Made by a program: the position numbers and the translations under genes
Notes under the pieces: model-generated
Databases searched by the model: none
Told to the model about the DNA's origin: nothing
What the model saw: the letters and a program-made list of their open reading frames with translations, nothing else
Shown here: positions 1 to 13,505 of the stretch, in pieces
Position numbering within the stretch: the first letter of the stretch is position 1
Layout: each line of letters begins with the position of its first letter
Assembly: GCA_002633005.1 (NCBI GenBank)
Contig: NMRA01000079.1
Span: 257,348-321,347, forward strand
Source of the DNA: Phoronis australis
Lineage: Eukaryota; Animalia; Phoronida
Reading direction: 5' to 3'
DNA: 64,000 bases

Positions 1-1255
1 TGACTCAGTTGAACTACTTGATTGTGGTAATCGCGCGCGCGGACAAAGTTAACAGTAACCACAAAGTGGAGTTGGAATTCTTCGCCTAAGTCACCTGAAT
101 TCCCGTATATATGCTTCATCGAAGATATACTTAGAAGCAGAAAGAGTCACTGAAGAAAGTAAGAGCCTTTTAGGTGCTAATTTTAGGTGTAGAATGTATT
201 TTCGACGAGGTGAAAACTTTACCAGTGAGCGGATTTCGACTACCGCCCGTTTAAAATACACGGGACGAAATTAGTACAGAACGTGATAGAACGTATTGTA
301 GTGCGAATCTGAAGTTCATTTGCCATAACAGCAATGCTTTTGGACATTTTTCGAACTAAACGGCTAAAAACTCGAAGACAATAACAGAATACACTCTGCT
401 ACCGTATTAGGCAAATGACCAAACGACAAGCTTTTGCCCCACTTCCCGTGACGTCACAGTTAAGTCTCACATAATCTCGCGTTATTGTTATAAACTCGCA
501 AAAGGCCTATTAAATGCAATTGCTATTATTTTTCAAGACCAGCAGCTGACTTAAAAAGTTTAGGAAAGCAGACATGAGCAAATACAATATTCGAAAAATA
601 ATACTTTTAATGTAAAAATCATTATTTTACCCTAAAATTGAAACATTTGAATTATTTTTGCACTTTGTTTTGAAACTTTATGTGAACCCGGCCAATATTT
701 AGGGAAAATTTAACTTACTTTTTGGGATTCCAAAACAGACATTCTAAAAGCACAATCAAGAATGTTTTCTCAGAGAACATTTTTAACATGATGACTTCAC
801 TGAGAGCTGATTTCCAGCCAACAAGGAAATAAATTTGCACAATTATAGACAAACACACTTCAACTGATTTTGATAATCGAAATGTCTGAGCAGAAATGCT
901 TAACGGAAACATCAAGCAGTATAATATCAGTACTTCTCGTTGCATGGAAAAGTCATAAATTATGCTAATGAGTTGATCAATAAATATAGTCTGATATATT
1001 GTGCTCATACTTGGGTCACCAGGTATCACATTTGGTCAGCAGGTGGGAAGATTGGTGCTCAGGTGTGGACAGATTTGTGCCTCAGGTTTGGTGATCTGAA
1101 TAGAGGGATTGTACATAGCTACAAAATCCAATGCAATGCATAACTTCCAAGTCTGCAAATGATCATTATAAGTTTCATCCAATAAGTTCATCATGTACTA
1201 CTATCATATTTAATGAAGTCGACCCCCATAATCACTATGGAACATCTGGATCCTG

Positions 1256-1396
1256 GCGTTCAGTAATGCTAGGACTTCGCTAAAAAGCATTAGGCTTGGC
1301 GAGATTACGTGACATTTTTGCCATGTGTATTTTAAATGAGAACACGTGATTTTAGCTAGGTCCTAGCGTAGGTCCTAGCATTACTGAACGCACGCC
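1256..1396. mobile_element. MITE (PIF/Harbinger-like), copy 1
   Basis: TIRs gcgttcagtaatgctaggac / gtcctagcattactgaacgc; related copy at 61525-61671. Superfamily is inferred. Confidence 0.7.
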
Positions 1397-2819
1397 TGAC
1401 CTATCCAAGCTCCAACTTCCCTTCATAGTGAACTTTCCTTCCAACTCACCTCCGAGTTCCTAGCAGCATGACGGATATCAAGATGGCACTACCTCCAACA
1501 CTGCACTCAGGATTTACCATTGCACATTACAAGGGAGTTGTGTAACTCCAACTCCACAGTACAATTTACCTATCAGAGGAATGTACACAGTTCTTTAAGT
1601 CTCAGAGACTTTATAATGCAGTGACCATGGACCAAAACTACCAAAAGGAGACAGTAGCACCATTGTTGGGAAAGAGACATTAAAGATAACAGAAAATTGG
1701 GAAGAAGTTTTGCAATACACAAAAACGTTTGGTGATTGAACATACAATGACAAACAACTGAACTAGAGAAGTCAGTCACGCTGTGCTCAATGAGATTTGT
1801 TTGAAAACATGGTCTCTGCAATAATTTTTAAAAAACATGATTACTGCTTAACATCAAACAATTCAATGGTTTCATTTATACCAGAACTCTACCTGGCGTG
1901 ATTGTAAAATAATGTTCAGCATATAGAATGTACCCATGATCAAAAGACATGATTTGAGAGAAACCTACAGGCACGGTCCTAAATCAGCAGCGCATGAAAT
2001 CTCCTTAACGACATAATCATAACAACAGCATGGGAATCGCCTTGTCATATGTGACCAGTATTTCAGAGAGCCGCACTACCACTTTGGGATTGTAAAGCAA
2101 ATAAATGGGACAGTGTTTTGGGGTCTGGCAACTCAACTAAAGATAGGAAATCAAGGCACACATGTTGACCAAACAAGTCACTTACAATAAGTAAATATGA
2201 CTTGCTCTTTAAATTCGTGAAGATGATGTTCCCATTTGTTTGAGTTAAAGAACGAAACCATGTGCAATATATCACAACGGCAAAGTAACCACATAGAAAA
2301 CTTCTGTCTTGACCAAGCTCCTCTCGTACGATGAACTTACCCGTTTTATTATTAATGGTAGACTAGTGCAGTCTGAGACCTGCAAACGGCCTCTAGAAAT
2401 GTACAAATGACAATAGTACACTTAAAGCGAATCGATGTTACAATGTCAATGCCCTGTTTAGTGTTTATGAAGTGAGTTTAACAGAAATAAAAATAAAAAT
2501 ATAAGAACTTAGGATTTTACGATCTTCACAACTTTTATTACCAAGAACATACATTTTCGTTTTAAAGTAACTACCTTCATTATAAAGGCCCGCATTTCTT
2601 TAAGTATTTTTTTCACAATACTGAGTCAAAACATATAGAAAGATACATTTTTCGAATTCTTGGTGAGCGAATGCATAAAACAAACACAACTAGTGTGTGG
2701 GCATTGTCATGTGACCGGTGATTTTTCCTAAAAATTGTCTATTTTCATGGAAATCACCTCAACTTACATAGACATGAAATTTACAGGACAAAAACTGAAA
2801 TCTGTTCATTCATTTATTA

Positions 2820-3068
2820 CAGTAAACGTTCGGGTTAACGCCCATGCTCAGTTAACCGCCCACCCCCTAGTTTAGGTGGATTTTCGATTTAACCGCCCAC
2901 TGCTCGGTTAACCGCCCCCTGCTATTTTTGAAGATTTCAATTAAGCGCCCCTCCCCCCCATTTCTTGAAATTTCACGTTTAAGCGCCCATGTCTGGTTAA
3001 CCGCCCACCCCCGATTTTTTGAGTTCCCCCAATTTAACCGCCCAGGGCGTTAACCCGAACGTTTACGG
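2820..3068. mobile_element. Tc1/mariner(pogo)-type MITE
   Basis: 24-bp TIRs cagtaaacgttcgggttaacgccc / gggcgttaacccgaacgtttacgg, TA on both flanks, internal reiterated ttaaccgccc motif. Confidence 0.85.
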
Positions 3069-6000
3069 TAAACTACAACAGCAGCATGCGCGAGATTTTC
3101 TCTCACGACCTTTCAGCTATATGTATGTGGCTATCACAGAAATTTGAACAATTAGGGAGATTAAGAAAACTTGTTGTGACAGTAAACAGTGTCGTTTTTC
3201 AAAAAACACAAAATATTTGTCCCTTAAATTTGATAATGACCCTGTATCCTGGCCCTTTTAAAAGCCTACACTGCCAGCGTTCCACCATTTGTCTTAAAGC
3301 TAAAACTGAGTAACTCCTGAATGCATGGGATTACAATCCTGATGCAAATGGATTTGTGCAGCAACACTGAACAGAGCTGGGTGCATTAGAAAGCTTTCAG
3401 GGAGATCTGTGTTCAGTTTCACTCCCCACTAATTACTACGTATTTAGTGTATTGGATTGCTGATTGAGCCAGTCTGTGTTACCTGGGCTCTAAATAAACA
3501 TTTATTTAAGGGAATAAAAACAGATCAGAACAAAAGCGGATTTCTGAAGGTAGACCATTAAGTGACAGCTAATTATTGGCAACAAGTAATATACAACAGT
3601 AGGGCCTGAGCCCATATGATGTTCATTGAAATGTCTGATATGAAGCACTAGTGCCCAGGTGCGTTGCCATACAGCAGTGTCACCACTTTCAGCTAGAACT
3701 TTGCAGGAGACAACTACATTTAGGGTTTTATTAAACATTAAGTAAAAATTAAGAGAATGTCAGTCTATCACTAGCCTGAGCATGGTTTGTACTACGTAGA
3801 TGCCCCAAAACAATTTTAGGGAAACTATTTTTCAATTACTTACAATAATCAGCCTTTGAGCAAAAATGGCAATTTAGGCAATTGTTTTGTGAAGAAGTAC
3901 CCTGAACTATGACTAGGGCACACTGCAGACTTGGGTTTAGTGCAGGCACAAGAGTCACCCCCTCCGGAGTAGTTGTAAAGAAAGTGACCAACATAGCTCA
4001 GTGCAAAACAATGACACTTTTACTAAAGTAATAATACAAGTTCAACTGCTTTTAAGTAAATAATGCGGGTTACTTCACTGAGTAGATAGCTTATTTAATT
4101 CTCATTTTATACCCACTCTATGGTCTTGTGACCGGAGACCGCATTACCCTTTTTAGTAGAGTCATGTCTATTTTACTATCATAGCCGACTAATGGCTATA
4201 AATTTAGTGCACTGAGTGAAAACGACACAGTCAGTCTGTTTAATGATTGCTATTCAGTGGCGGACCTAGGAAGCCCCAAGGGAAAGGGCCAATTACAATT
4301 TCCGAAGGAGATATTCTATGTACCGCTCAAAAATGTCGTGTCAACAGTGTTTTTGTCTAGGTCTTGTCCATAGACGTTATGCCCCTGAGGTCTAGTAGAG
4401 CCGTCCATGGCTTGGCTGTTACGACATTACCCATTGCGATTCTCACACACTCTTGGTGAATTTTCATCAATATTGCTTTTCTGTTAACAGCTAAATTCCT
4501 CTAAAGTCCCGTCCACCCTATGAATTACCTTAGAACAGTTATTAAAGGAGAATGCCACCCAAAAGCAACCTATTTTGTATCAATTTAGATCGAGTAGTTC
4601 CACTCGATAACAGCAAGTTCAGTTGTTTTACCTGACACCTAACGGCAGATGGAGGTGCTGAAATTAACCAATGACGTAATCTAATCGGTTCGAACGCAGT
4701 CTGTTCAGCCGTTTCAAACACGCTTAGTGGTGTCAATTTATTGCTTGAATTCACCATTTTACACCAATAAATCATCAAAATTTGATGTAAACCACTTACA
4801 AATACATTGAGTTCTTGAACAAACGTGTTGTTTTATTTCATTGTTACGGATTTATAGGCATTTGAATGTACCGTACTAGGCTACAGAGTTCGGTAGCCGA
4901 GGACAGTTTACCATGGTCAATCGCGGGAGTTTGGATCTTAGTGTTTGGTGATAAATTCGAATCATTCTTCCGTGAAATAAAGACGGGGGAACATAGCTGT
5001 GTGTTGTACTTTTAGACTTAAGATTTTTTCAGTTCTAAACACACAAAACGTTTGTTAATCCCCGCAAGTGGTTCCGAACCCGAACCCGATCACCATGTGG
5101 AATACACCCAGACAACTTTTATGATGCCTATTCAGCACGCCCTTTGTATTGATGTAGATCCGAGCTAATGAAGTGGAAAGGTAATAGCTAGCATTACTGT
5201 CTCAACAATGGTTGTTGTTAGTACCCCCAATTTGGTTTTCTCTCCAGAAACTCTCGAGAGTAGTTTTGGTACATTATAAATATTACAAAATGACTAAAAA
5301 GGTTAACTTGTGTTTACCCTCAAAAAGGGCCACTTTCCAAAGGAACGATGTTTCATATTGGTTTTCGTTATTTAATTTTTAATGCTTCTGCCCACTTGTT
5401 TTTTTTTTCTTACCTGGAACGTGTTGATAACTTTTTATCCAAGTTTTAAACTTGAAGTACCAAAGCAGATTTTGATAGCCAGCTAAACTTAATTAGTTAA
5501 GTTCATTGTGAGCCCATCCCTGAAGTTTCCACATTACAGGTAGGCCTACACTAAACATTTCACGTGTCATTAAAGTTTAATCTTTATTAGAACTCAAATA
5601 ATAATATATAAAAGTGCAAATATGGTGATAACCAGAACTGATGATTTGGAATGACAACTTCGGTGGCACTGACCATATATAACTATTTTAGCTCTTTGTC
5701 AGTAATAACAAATGAAAAGTGGGCACAAGTTAAGTGCAACTGTTTCCTGGTCAAAAATCTGATTAAACAAGTTTGAAAGAATATTAAAAAATGAATCCAT
5801 GTTAACTCTGATCAGCGTTTGTATATCCACCCAGTATATCAATAAGCACAGTTTAATAAGTTTATCTCATCGTACCCAATGGTTGTAATTTTTAGATTAC
5901 CGTATTCGCCGTAATAACCGCCCAGGGCGCTTAGAAAAGTTCGTTTCAGGGGGGCGCGAGTATTATAACCCAAGGCCGTTGAAACCCGGTCTCCGAAACG

Positions 6001-7354
6001 GGTGAAATCGGAAGCTAAGTTTCATTATATTTACGCTCTGTGACGAATCTGTAATCTATGAAAGACTTTGTACAAAAGCGTGGTGCATTGCTATCAAACT
6101 TTGCTGCTATATTATGATCACTTTACATGCTGGAGGTAGAGTACCTCATTCTAAGTCAACTTGCCTTTAATTTGCCTTTAAAGTGCAAGTTGTACTACCC
6201 CATGCCAAATGAAGTTGTATGGAGGTCGCGAGGTATTGTTTAATTTGCAATATCCATGAAACGGGCGTAAGCACGCCGCATGGTTATCACCTATGGGACA
6301 TTTCAGTTGTTTTCCTTTGTTACCTATGTTGGACATAACAATACAGAACTCATGAATATGACGCACCTTAAGCGCAAATCAGTCCATTACCAATAAATAC
6401 TTGCCATTCTCTTTATTATAACAAAGAAAAACAAAATGAACAATGGGTACGTCTATCTATCAATATCTATGCGACGAGCTTGCGACAAACTTGCGACCTA
6501 GATTTCCCGTGGGATGGACTCCCTCAGGCTCCATCAGCTCTGGTGTAAGTTTCAGACAATGGGAACAGTAAACTCGGGTCTTGAACTGAAGTTAACAGCA
6601 CAAGTTAAGACTCTGAAGTAAAGAGGTGAATTTATAACCTGACCTGTGCAATGTCCAACTTGCAAGGTCATATTAGCACCACCTAGTGACAACTCTGTTG
6701 AATTTGTTGTCTGATTATCTAGGGAGCTAATGGTAAGGGCTTTTGCTTAACTTTGTGGTTATCCACAGTTAACATCATAGCTTCAAAAGTGGCAGAATAA
6801 CTGTACGGAAAAAGGCCTTTAGAGCTGGGTCCAGACTGGAGTGAACACAGGCAACAATATATGTCTATGTTATTGAATTTGTGTAGTCTGCTGACTAGCA
6901 CTCATAAAACTGTGACTAAGCTTCATTTGGACAGAAATCAATTACCCCATCCAGCTAAGCTGATCACAATTTAACACTGATTTGTGGCTTTCTGATGACA
7001 GTAAAGTAATGAACCATCAATAACAATCTCTATGAATTCTATTCCAAAAATGCCAGCAGTGAGACGACAAAAAGGACAATTTAAACAAATAAAATACCAC
7101 AAAGATATGTAACAGAATACTTAAGATCAAATTGCGTATGGTCTAGCAAAAATCTGATAAAAATTCACTTGTCAAACGCTGAAGACTTTCTCCAGGCAAA
7201 ATATGTAAATGAACGCCATTTGTGTTTCGTCAATCTCAACAAATTGGCACAAGATGCTTAAGCAACATGCAATTATTCGGAAAAGTCTGAAAAATTAACA
7301 TAATCTGACAGCGACAGTTTGTCCTGCGTCAAATTCCATAATGACTGACACTTC

Positions 7355-7849
7355 AGGCCGTTTCATGCTAACTTAACTCCGGTACGAGTGGAGCGTCGAC
7401 ATTAACTGCGAAAATAACTGAATGATTCATACTAGCTTCAAAAGCTTCGAAGTAAACAGTAGATGACGCTGTCGTCATTGAAGTAATCATAAGATGGTGC
7501 TGTCTTTGCATCCTGTGCACGCTAAGTTTTTTTTAATGTAACAATTTGATAACACTATGTGCCAATTGACATAAAACTTATTTCTAATTCAATTAGTAAT
7601 AATTCAAGCGAAATAAAAACAGCTATTAATGACAACACTGCCCTTTAATTGCTGACGATACCAGTGACCCCTGGCGATAACTTTGATAAGACTGAAGTTG
7701 ACCATTTATATCGCACCGCAGCTTCAGCACTCTGCTGTTAAATACACAAATTTAAACACTGTTAACTTCCATCCCAGACCGAAGTTAATTGTTCATACTG
7801 ACCGCAACTCCCCAAAACATCGACATGTCGACGTTAGTATGAAAGGGCC
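7355..7849. mobile_element. Harbinger-like MITE, copy 1
   Basis: Imperfect TIRs aggccgtttcatgctaac / gttagtatgaaagggcct; colinear diverged copy at 23476-23978. Confidence 0.7.
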
Positions 7850-8441
7850 TTTACAATGCAACATCTTGCATACAACATCAATTTGGTGCAAATCTGCCTT
7901 CCTGTTCATCAGAGTTAAAAACGTCACAAAACGGATTTTAACTAAACAGTTAGTTCAGTTGAAAAAGCCCAAATAATGCTCATTATCGGTACAACTCCAA
8001 ATCTTTTTAAACTTAACTGATTTCATGTGAATTTTTTAGTGTAAATTTTACTTTTGGTGGTGTACCCGACTACCTAAAATGGCCGCCGTAGTGAGTGACA
8101 GCAGACTCATACATTATGGGTACTCACTCACTCAACTGCTGCCACCTGCAGTGAGGATTTCAAAGAAATCCATTATCTAAAAAACTTGAAAAATAACAGT
8201 AAAATAAGGCAAACATAAATAACAGAGCTGAAAGTTACAAACAGTTAGTATTTTAGTGATATCTTCAGACTGACGAAACCCAACCTGTGTTCTAAACTGC
8301 TAAATGAAACAAGAGTAACTTTAACAGAGCAAGCCACAAAAACAATGTATTCATCTATCATTTCAGCTCGAACATGTCCATTGGGCTACAACACCTTCAG
8401 TTCATCTTACTTAAACACTAGACAGCTGGTGAAGGTGCTAC

Positions 8442-8624
8442 AATTGACCTGTCGCAAGCTCCGCCCCCTTGCGTAATGTCGACAAACAAACAAACAATAA
8501 GTTTTACCCGGCAACGTGTTGTTTGTCAGGTAAAATGATGGCTTGGAAACAAAGGTGTGTCAAGAATGCTATGTTCTGATGGGTCAGTTAAGCTGTCAAT
8601 CAAAGTCCAGGCGATAGGTCAGTT
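8442..8624. mobile_element. Short MITE, copy 1
   Basis: TIRs aattgacctgtcgc / gcgataggtcagtt; colinear copy at 50533-50710. Confidence 0.75.
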
Positions 8625-11469
8625 AGCCTAGCTACTACGCAACAACACCTTATCACTATTTTGCATAATTAACACTTGGCGTTATCCTTTTGCATCAATA
8701 AAACTACAAACCCCAAGGCAAAACCCTTATGAATTTATTAAATTTCTAATTAAATTCAAGTGTTGTTTCATCTCAAGAGCAAATTACCCAGTCAGGCAGA
8801 GCATGTACTTGCTTGACATATTACAGACCACAATAACTTGAGCTGTTTTTACACAGGGAACAATTGTCGAGGTAATAGTCGTCACCGCACGACTTGCGCT
8901 TAATTCAGTCGCATTTGCATGACATTAGATGGCAAACTGGATCAGCATGAGTCATTTACACAAAGACTGTGTGCGCACACTCGCAAAAACAGTAGTGAAC
9001 ATCCAAACCATGTGGAATGCAACTTGCTCTGTGTCAGTTGTGTTTACACACACACCTGCGCCCAATCAGCTGTTCCGTGTCAATTGCTTCGTAACAGCTG
9101 TCTGGTCTCCCATGTAAATGTGGCTTCAAATGAATTTCTGAGTTAAATAAAGAAAGATCACCTCAGGGTATTCTGGAAAATTTGGCACAAGATTAGATGT
9201 GATCGACAGGTTGCACACAAAAAAATCAGTAGTATTTATAACTTTTCAAAAGTGGCGATATTCACTAGACAACAACAAGCTGAATCAAATCAAATTGATT
9301 TTTTGAAATCCTTACGGTAACTTTATTGCATCCAAAGCCAATATTTTTAAAACAAAATTTTAGAAAAATAGTGCTAAACATGACTTTAACTCACCTCAAA
9401 AGGTATTTAAAAGTACTCTCAGGATAACGCCGTTTATAATAAAAGCAATGGATAACACAACAACAAAAATCGCAACTAAAGTGCATGTAACAGAATGTTA
9501 ATACTGCGATAAGTGACACCAATACTTTACGCCAGGATATAACCACTTTCCTTTGCATGACGTGCATGATGACATGAAAGCAAAAATTTTACGATCACAG
9601 TCTTTCCATTATTAAGTCTTTCATGCCGATCTCTACGCTGAAACACGCCATCACAACATCAAGAGTTCTTCTCCTCAATCAGAAATAATTTGGCAAAGAA
9701 ACAATGTACGACAACGCAAAGTTGAAGAAATGATGCCCAGCTATCAAAAGCAGAAATGGATGCTTGGCATTGCATTTGACGCCCAATACTACAAGATAAT
9801 TATTATTATTATGTTATGCTAAAGAGGAGTGCATTGATATACCCCACATTGTGCACATCGCAAATGGAAAATTTATCAGAGAACATCTCATTTTGATTAA
9901 GTGGAACACATCATCCACTTAAAGGACTACATTAACAAAGGGTGCCTTTCATTTTCTATGTCTACAAGCCATACTATTATTACAACTATCCCACAATCCT
10001 TTACATAAATGACAATTGTCGCTCACAAAAAGTGTAGTGGTTCAAATAGGTGTCGCTTAAGTATGAGTAGCCTGCTCAACAGTAACATACACAACACAAT
10101 TCACAATTATTTCGTTGAACGGACAGCAACATTTAGACACTGACCAGATGAATGGAGAACAAGAGGGGGCACGCTGAGTTGGCGCGATACATTACAAAAA
10201 ACTTATTTGGTTTCAGTCACAGCTACTCCCTACAACAACTCAGCCTCAAAATTGAAACTAAATTCAGACACCAATCTAGTCCATTGCTAAGAGTTTTTGT
10301 GGTCAAACAGTTTTAACTTAAATGGTTGAAAAACGAGGCATCATTCATCTATTTTGCTGATTATTATTGTACATATTTCTTTGGGTAGAAATGGTTCCAA
10401 GTTAACTTTTCATAAGAAATTGAAAGCTATACAGTTTGAAAAATCACCAATTTTAGTTCTCGAAATATCAGTTTATATTAGCCAGGGTTCTATTGCCATG
10501 AAATCATGCTTCTATAGCAACTTAGCTCCGTTCCACATACAAGGACCTTAGATCAGTGTTCTCAAGACTAACAGGCGTTTTGACAACAGAAGCCCTTGTA
10601 CAAAATTTTTGACAAAGTAAAAAAGTTTTTAGTGGCAATGGGGAGGGGGGTCATAGTACCTGTCCGTAATCATCATGGATCTGATGAGACATTCTCTATG
10701 TCAAATTCATCAAAATGTAGGACACCACGTAGGGAATTCCTCAATCCTGGGTGAACTGTGCAAACAATCCAGTTTGCATGGATCCAGAATTCCTTTGACT
10801 AATATGTGGCTAAACTCTAGAACATGATAGGCACTTGATATGGCTAGAACCAAACTATACACCTCACCTGAGCGAGCCAACTATTTCCTAACACCCCATC
10901 CAGCACTCCATAGGGCATTGGGTGCAAATAAGACACAGATTTTTAACTGAAGAGATATAGAATGTTTATATTTACCAAACACTAGCTCTGGATTGAGCAC
11001 ACAGTGTGCTCACAATGTGCAGGTCTCCTCCAGCAAAGGTCACTGATAAAATACCTACCACTGTCTCTCCCTTACTGATATCTTGTCATCAAGACTATTG
11101 CAATAAAAACTTCAGCTATAACTAGCGTTATCAAATCTCAAGTTTACTAGTATGAGCGCATTGAGTTTGTCACAATGGCCATTCCTGGCAAGATTCAAAT
11201 GTCAAGTGGACAAGGGAAATTGCCAGTAAAAGTTACACGTATTTGATAAATTTAACTGAATTATAACATTAAAATTTTAGACATTTCCAGTACAACCTTT
11301 GAACTTGTACCGACTTTTTGGTTTGATGTCTAAACAACTTTAGGTCAATTACCAAGTACAAAAATGCACACGCAATTGAAATCTAATATTAAGTAGCCTG
11401 ACATTACCGAATGCAACAATTACGGTAAAGACGTATTTGCATGCTCCTACAAGTATGCTAATGTATAGC

Positions 11470-11775
11470 AGGAACTAAACGACAATGCTATTTGAACATC
11501 ATCTACACTAAACAAAGTGCAGTTGTAATCATTGACCACTTGTAAATGTGAAAACAAAAAACTCGGCAAATAGGTGACCTTTACTCTAATGACGTACCTC
11601 AGGGCTCACTTAAGCCCGCATCATGCAGTTATTCCCCAACACCATATCACCATACTCGCTAGACACTGTTGAGTGATTTATGGCAAATTATTTTCGACAC
11701 AAAACTCGTTCTTAAAAAAATTTGGCAATGTTCAACTACTTCATATTCACATGGTCGCTATATGTTGTGTTTCTA
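11470..11775 (+). repeat. Dispersed repeat (direct copy at 23117-23422)
   Basis: Colinear similarity, e.g. cttgtaaatgtgaaaacaaaaaa and ttattccccaacaccat in both copies. Confidence 0.75.
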
Positions 11776-12362
11776 CAGTCATGTGCTAGCTCAGTTTCCC
11801 AAATAGGGATATCCAGTGATGTAGTGTGGCATAGGCGCACGTAGGCGCAGCCAACCACCTTTTGGCATTTGAACGTAGCGCCTACGCAATGTAAGTTACG
11901 TTCAGTGCTTAAGGTGATACGGTGGGCTTTCAGGGCGCCCACTTAACTCAAATTTTACCACTACAGCACTAGGGGTATCATCGGTTTGAATACACTCGTC
12001 GCATGGTTTAGGGTTTAAGTATAGACTAAGCCGTTACCCATGCTTTTGCACGGGACAGCTAGTGGGAGACGCCGAGGGGAAATAGCTACACCAGTGAACC
12101 GATCGAGTGTTCATCACAAACAGGAATACTTCTTGAAGAGACCGTGTTCAAAGCTTCAAGCAGAATTTCTGTCACCTGTCAGATTTTAGTAGGCAATTAA
12201 GGTGTGCGGCTGTGGGATATTCCCCTTAAGGCAGTACAAATTTCTTTACAGAACATTTGACCCTGCCGTAACACAAAGTACGGTAATCAGATATTCTTCA
12301 GTTTAAAGTGAAAACTAAGAATGCATTTAAAATATTGTATAGTACACAAAGTATATAGACGT

Positions 12363-12522
12363 CAGTGGCGAATTTAGAGGGGGGCCAAGGGGGCCATGGC
12401 CCCCCATAAAATTCTCCCAGCTTCCATTTGGCAGTTCGGGGGTGCAAATGTCTGAAGGGCAAAATTCTGGCTAATACTCTATTTGCCGTGTCCCCCAAAC
12501 TCAAAATCCTGGATCCGCCCCT
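12363..12522 (+). mobile_element. hAT-like MITE, copy 1
   Basis: Termini cagtggcgaatttag / ggatccgcccct, flanks tagacgt / tagatgt resemble a TSD remnant; inverted copy at 26855-27011. Confidence 0.7.
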
Positions 12523-12867
12523 AGATGTATTTACAAAAGTTGCATCATAAATGTTCATACTGAGGTAGAAAGCCTGGAGCTAGGTAGCTGTGTGTAGAGC
12601 TCCGTTAGATACCGAAATTTCACACAACCCAGGTGCTCAGCTCGTCACCTCGTCGTGAAATTTAGAGCTAACATTACTTGCAGGGGTGCATGCAGAATCT
12701 GGGAATGAATCGACATTCACAGTGCCCGTTACCAAACAGCCATTTATAAAAGTAAACAAAATCTAATAAACGTTATTTTTTGTAATTCTGTAGGTCTGTA
12801 GAGGAGCGGGGGAGACAGAGTTTGTGCAAACGATGCATTTTACATAATAGATGATGGGCTCAACAAG

Positions 12868-12930
12868 GGCAAGTTGTACCAGTACGGCAAGTTGTACCTA
12901 CGGCAAGTTGTATCTACGTCAAGTTGTTCT
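12868..12930. repeat. Short tandem repeat, ~4 x ggcaagttgtac core
   Basis: caagttgt core visibly repeated four times at 16-18 bp spacing. Confidence 0.7.
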
Positions 12931-13101
12931 AGGGTACCTTAACGAGCAGTTCGGATGACAAAGAACAACACCATACCTTATTTCACTTAAAGAGACTATT
13001 ACACACACCTCATGTAAAAAATAATCTTTGATTTACGACACTAATGTTGCCATCAATTTGTTCTTACTTGTTGATTACTAAGATTAGAGATAATCACTGG
13101 T

Positions 13102-13214
13102 CTTAGGGAACAGTGACAATTTGTTATTGGTTGAGATCAGCCTTAGGACAGTTAGTTATTGGTTGAGATCAGCCTTAGGAAACAGTGACAGTTTGTTATT
13201 GGTTGAGATCAGCC
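13102..13214. repeat. Minisatellite, 3 copies of a 32-41 bp unit
   Basis: gttattggttgagatcagcc occurs three times in tandem. Confidence 0.85.
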
Positions 13215-13289
13215 GAAATATGGTAAAGATTCTTCAATTCAGGACAGTGAAAAATTAATTATTTCACTCATGGTGGGAGCTAATGTCCC

Positions 13290-13505
13290 AAATTCTAGAA
13301 ATATGCAATACTGACATTCCCAAATTCAAGAATCACCGGAAAGACCACAAAAGCACCCACCCTGTAGATTGAAAGCATATTGTCTGAAATTTGAGAAATA
13401 GGGTGAACGTCAAAATCGCCCTAATGTCCTATATTCCAGAATCCAGTTTTTGCAACACATTTTGTGTCCCCCATTCTAAAGACTGTCCCAAGTTGGAGAA
13501 ATTTT
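13290..13505 (+). repeat. Dispersed repeat (copy at 44788-44975 in INTS14 intron 3)
   Basis: Shared tgagaaata.ggtgaacgtcaaaatc...atattccagaatc...attctaaagact. Confidence 0.65.

Noticed and set aside
7838-7849. atgaaagggcct at the MITE end (also 23967-23978) is identical to part of U1 stem-loop II antisense
   Set aside because: Only 12 nt, explained as the MITE TIR; no other U1 similarity around it.
10681-10705. CTGATGA-gacat-tctct-atgtc-aaa, hammerhead-like core
   Set aside because: Lacks the G of the GAAA motif, and I found no convincing stems I and III.
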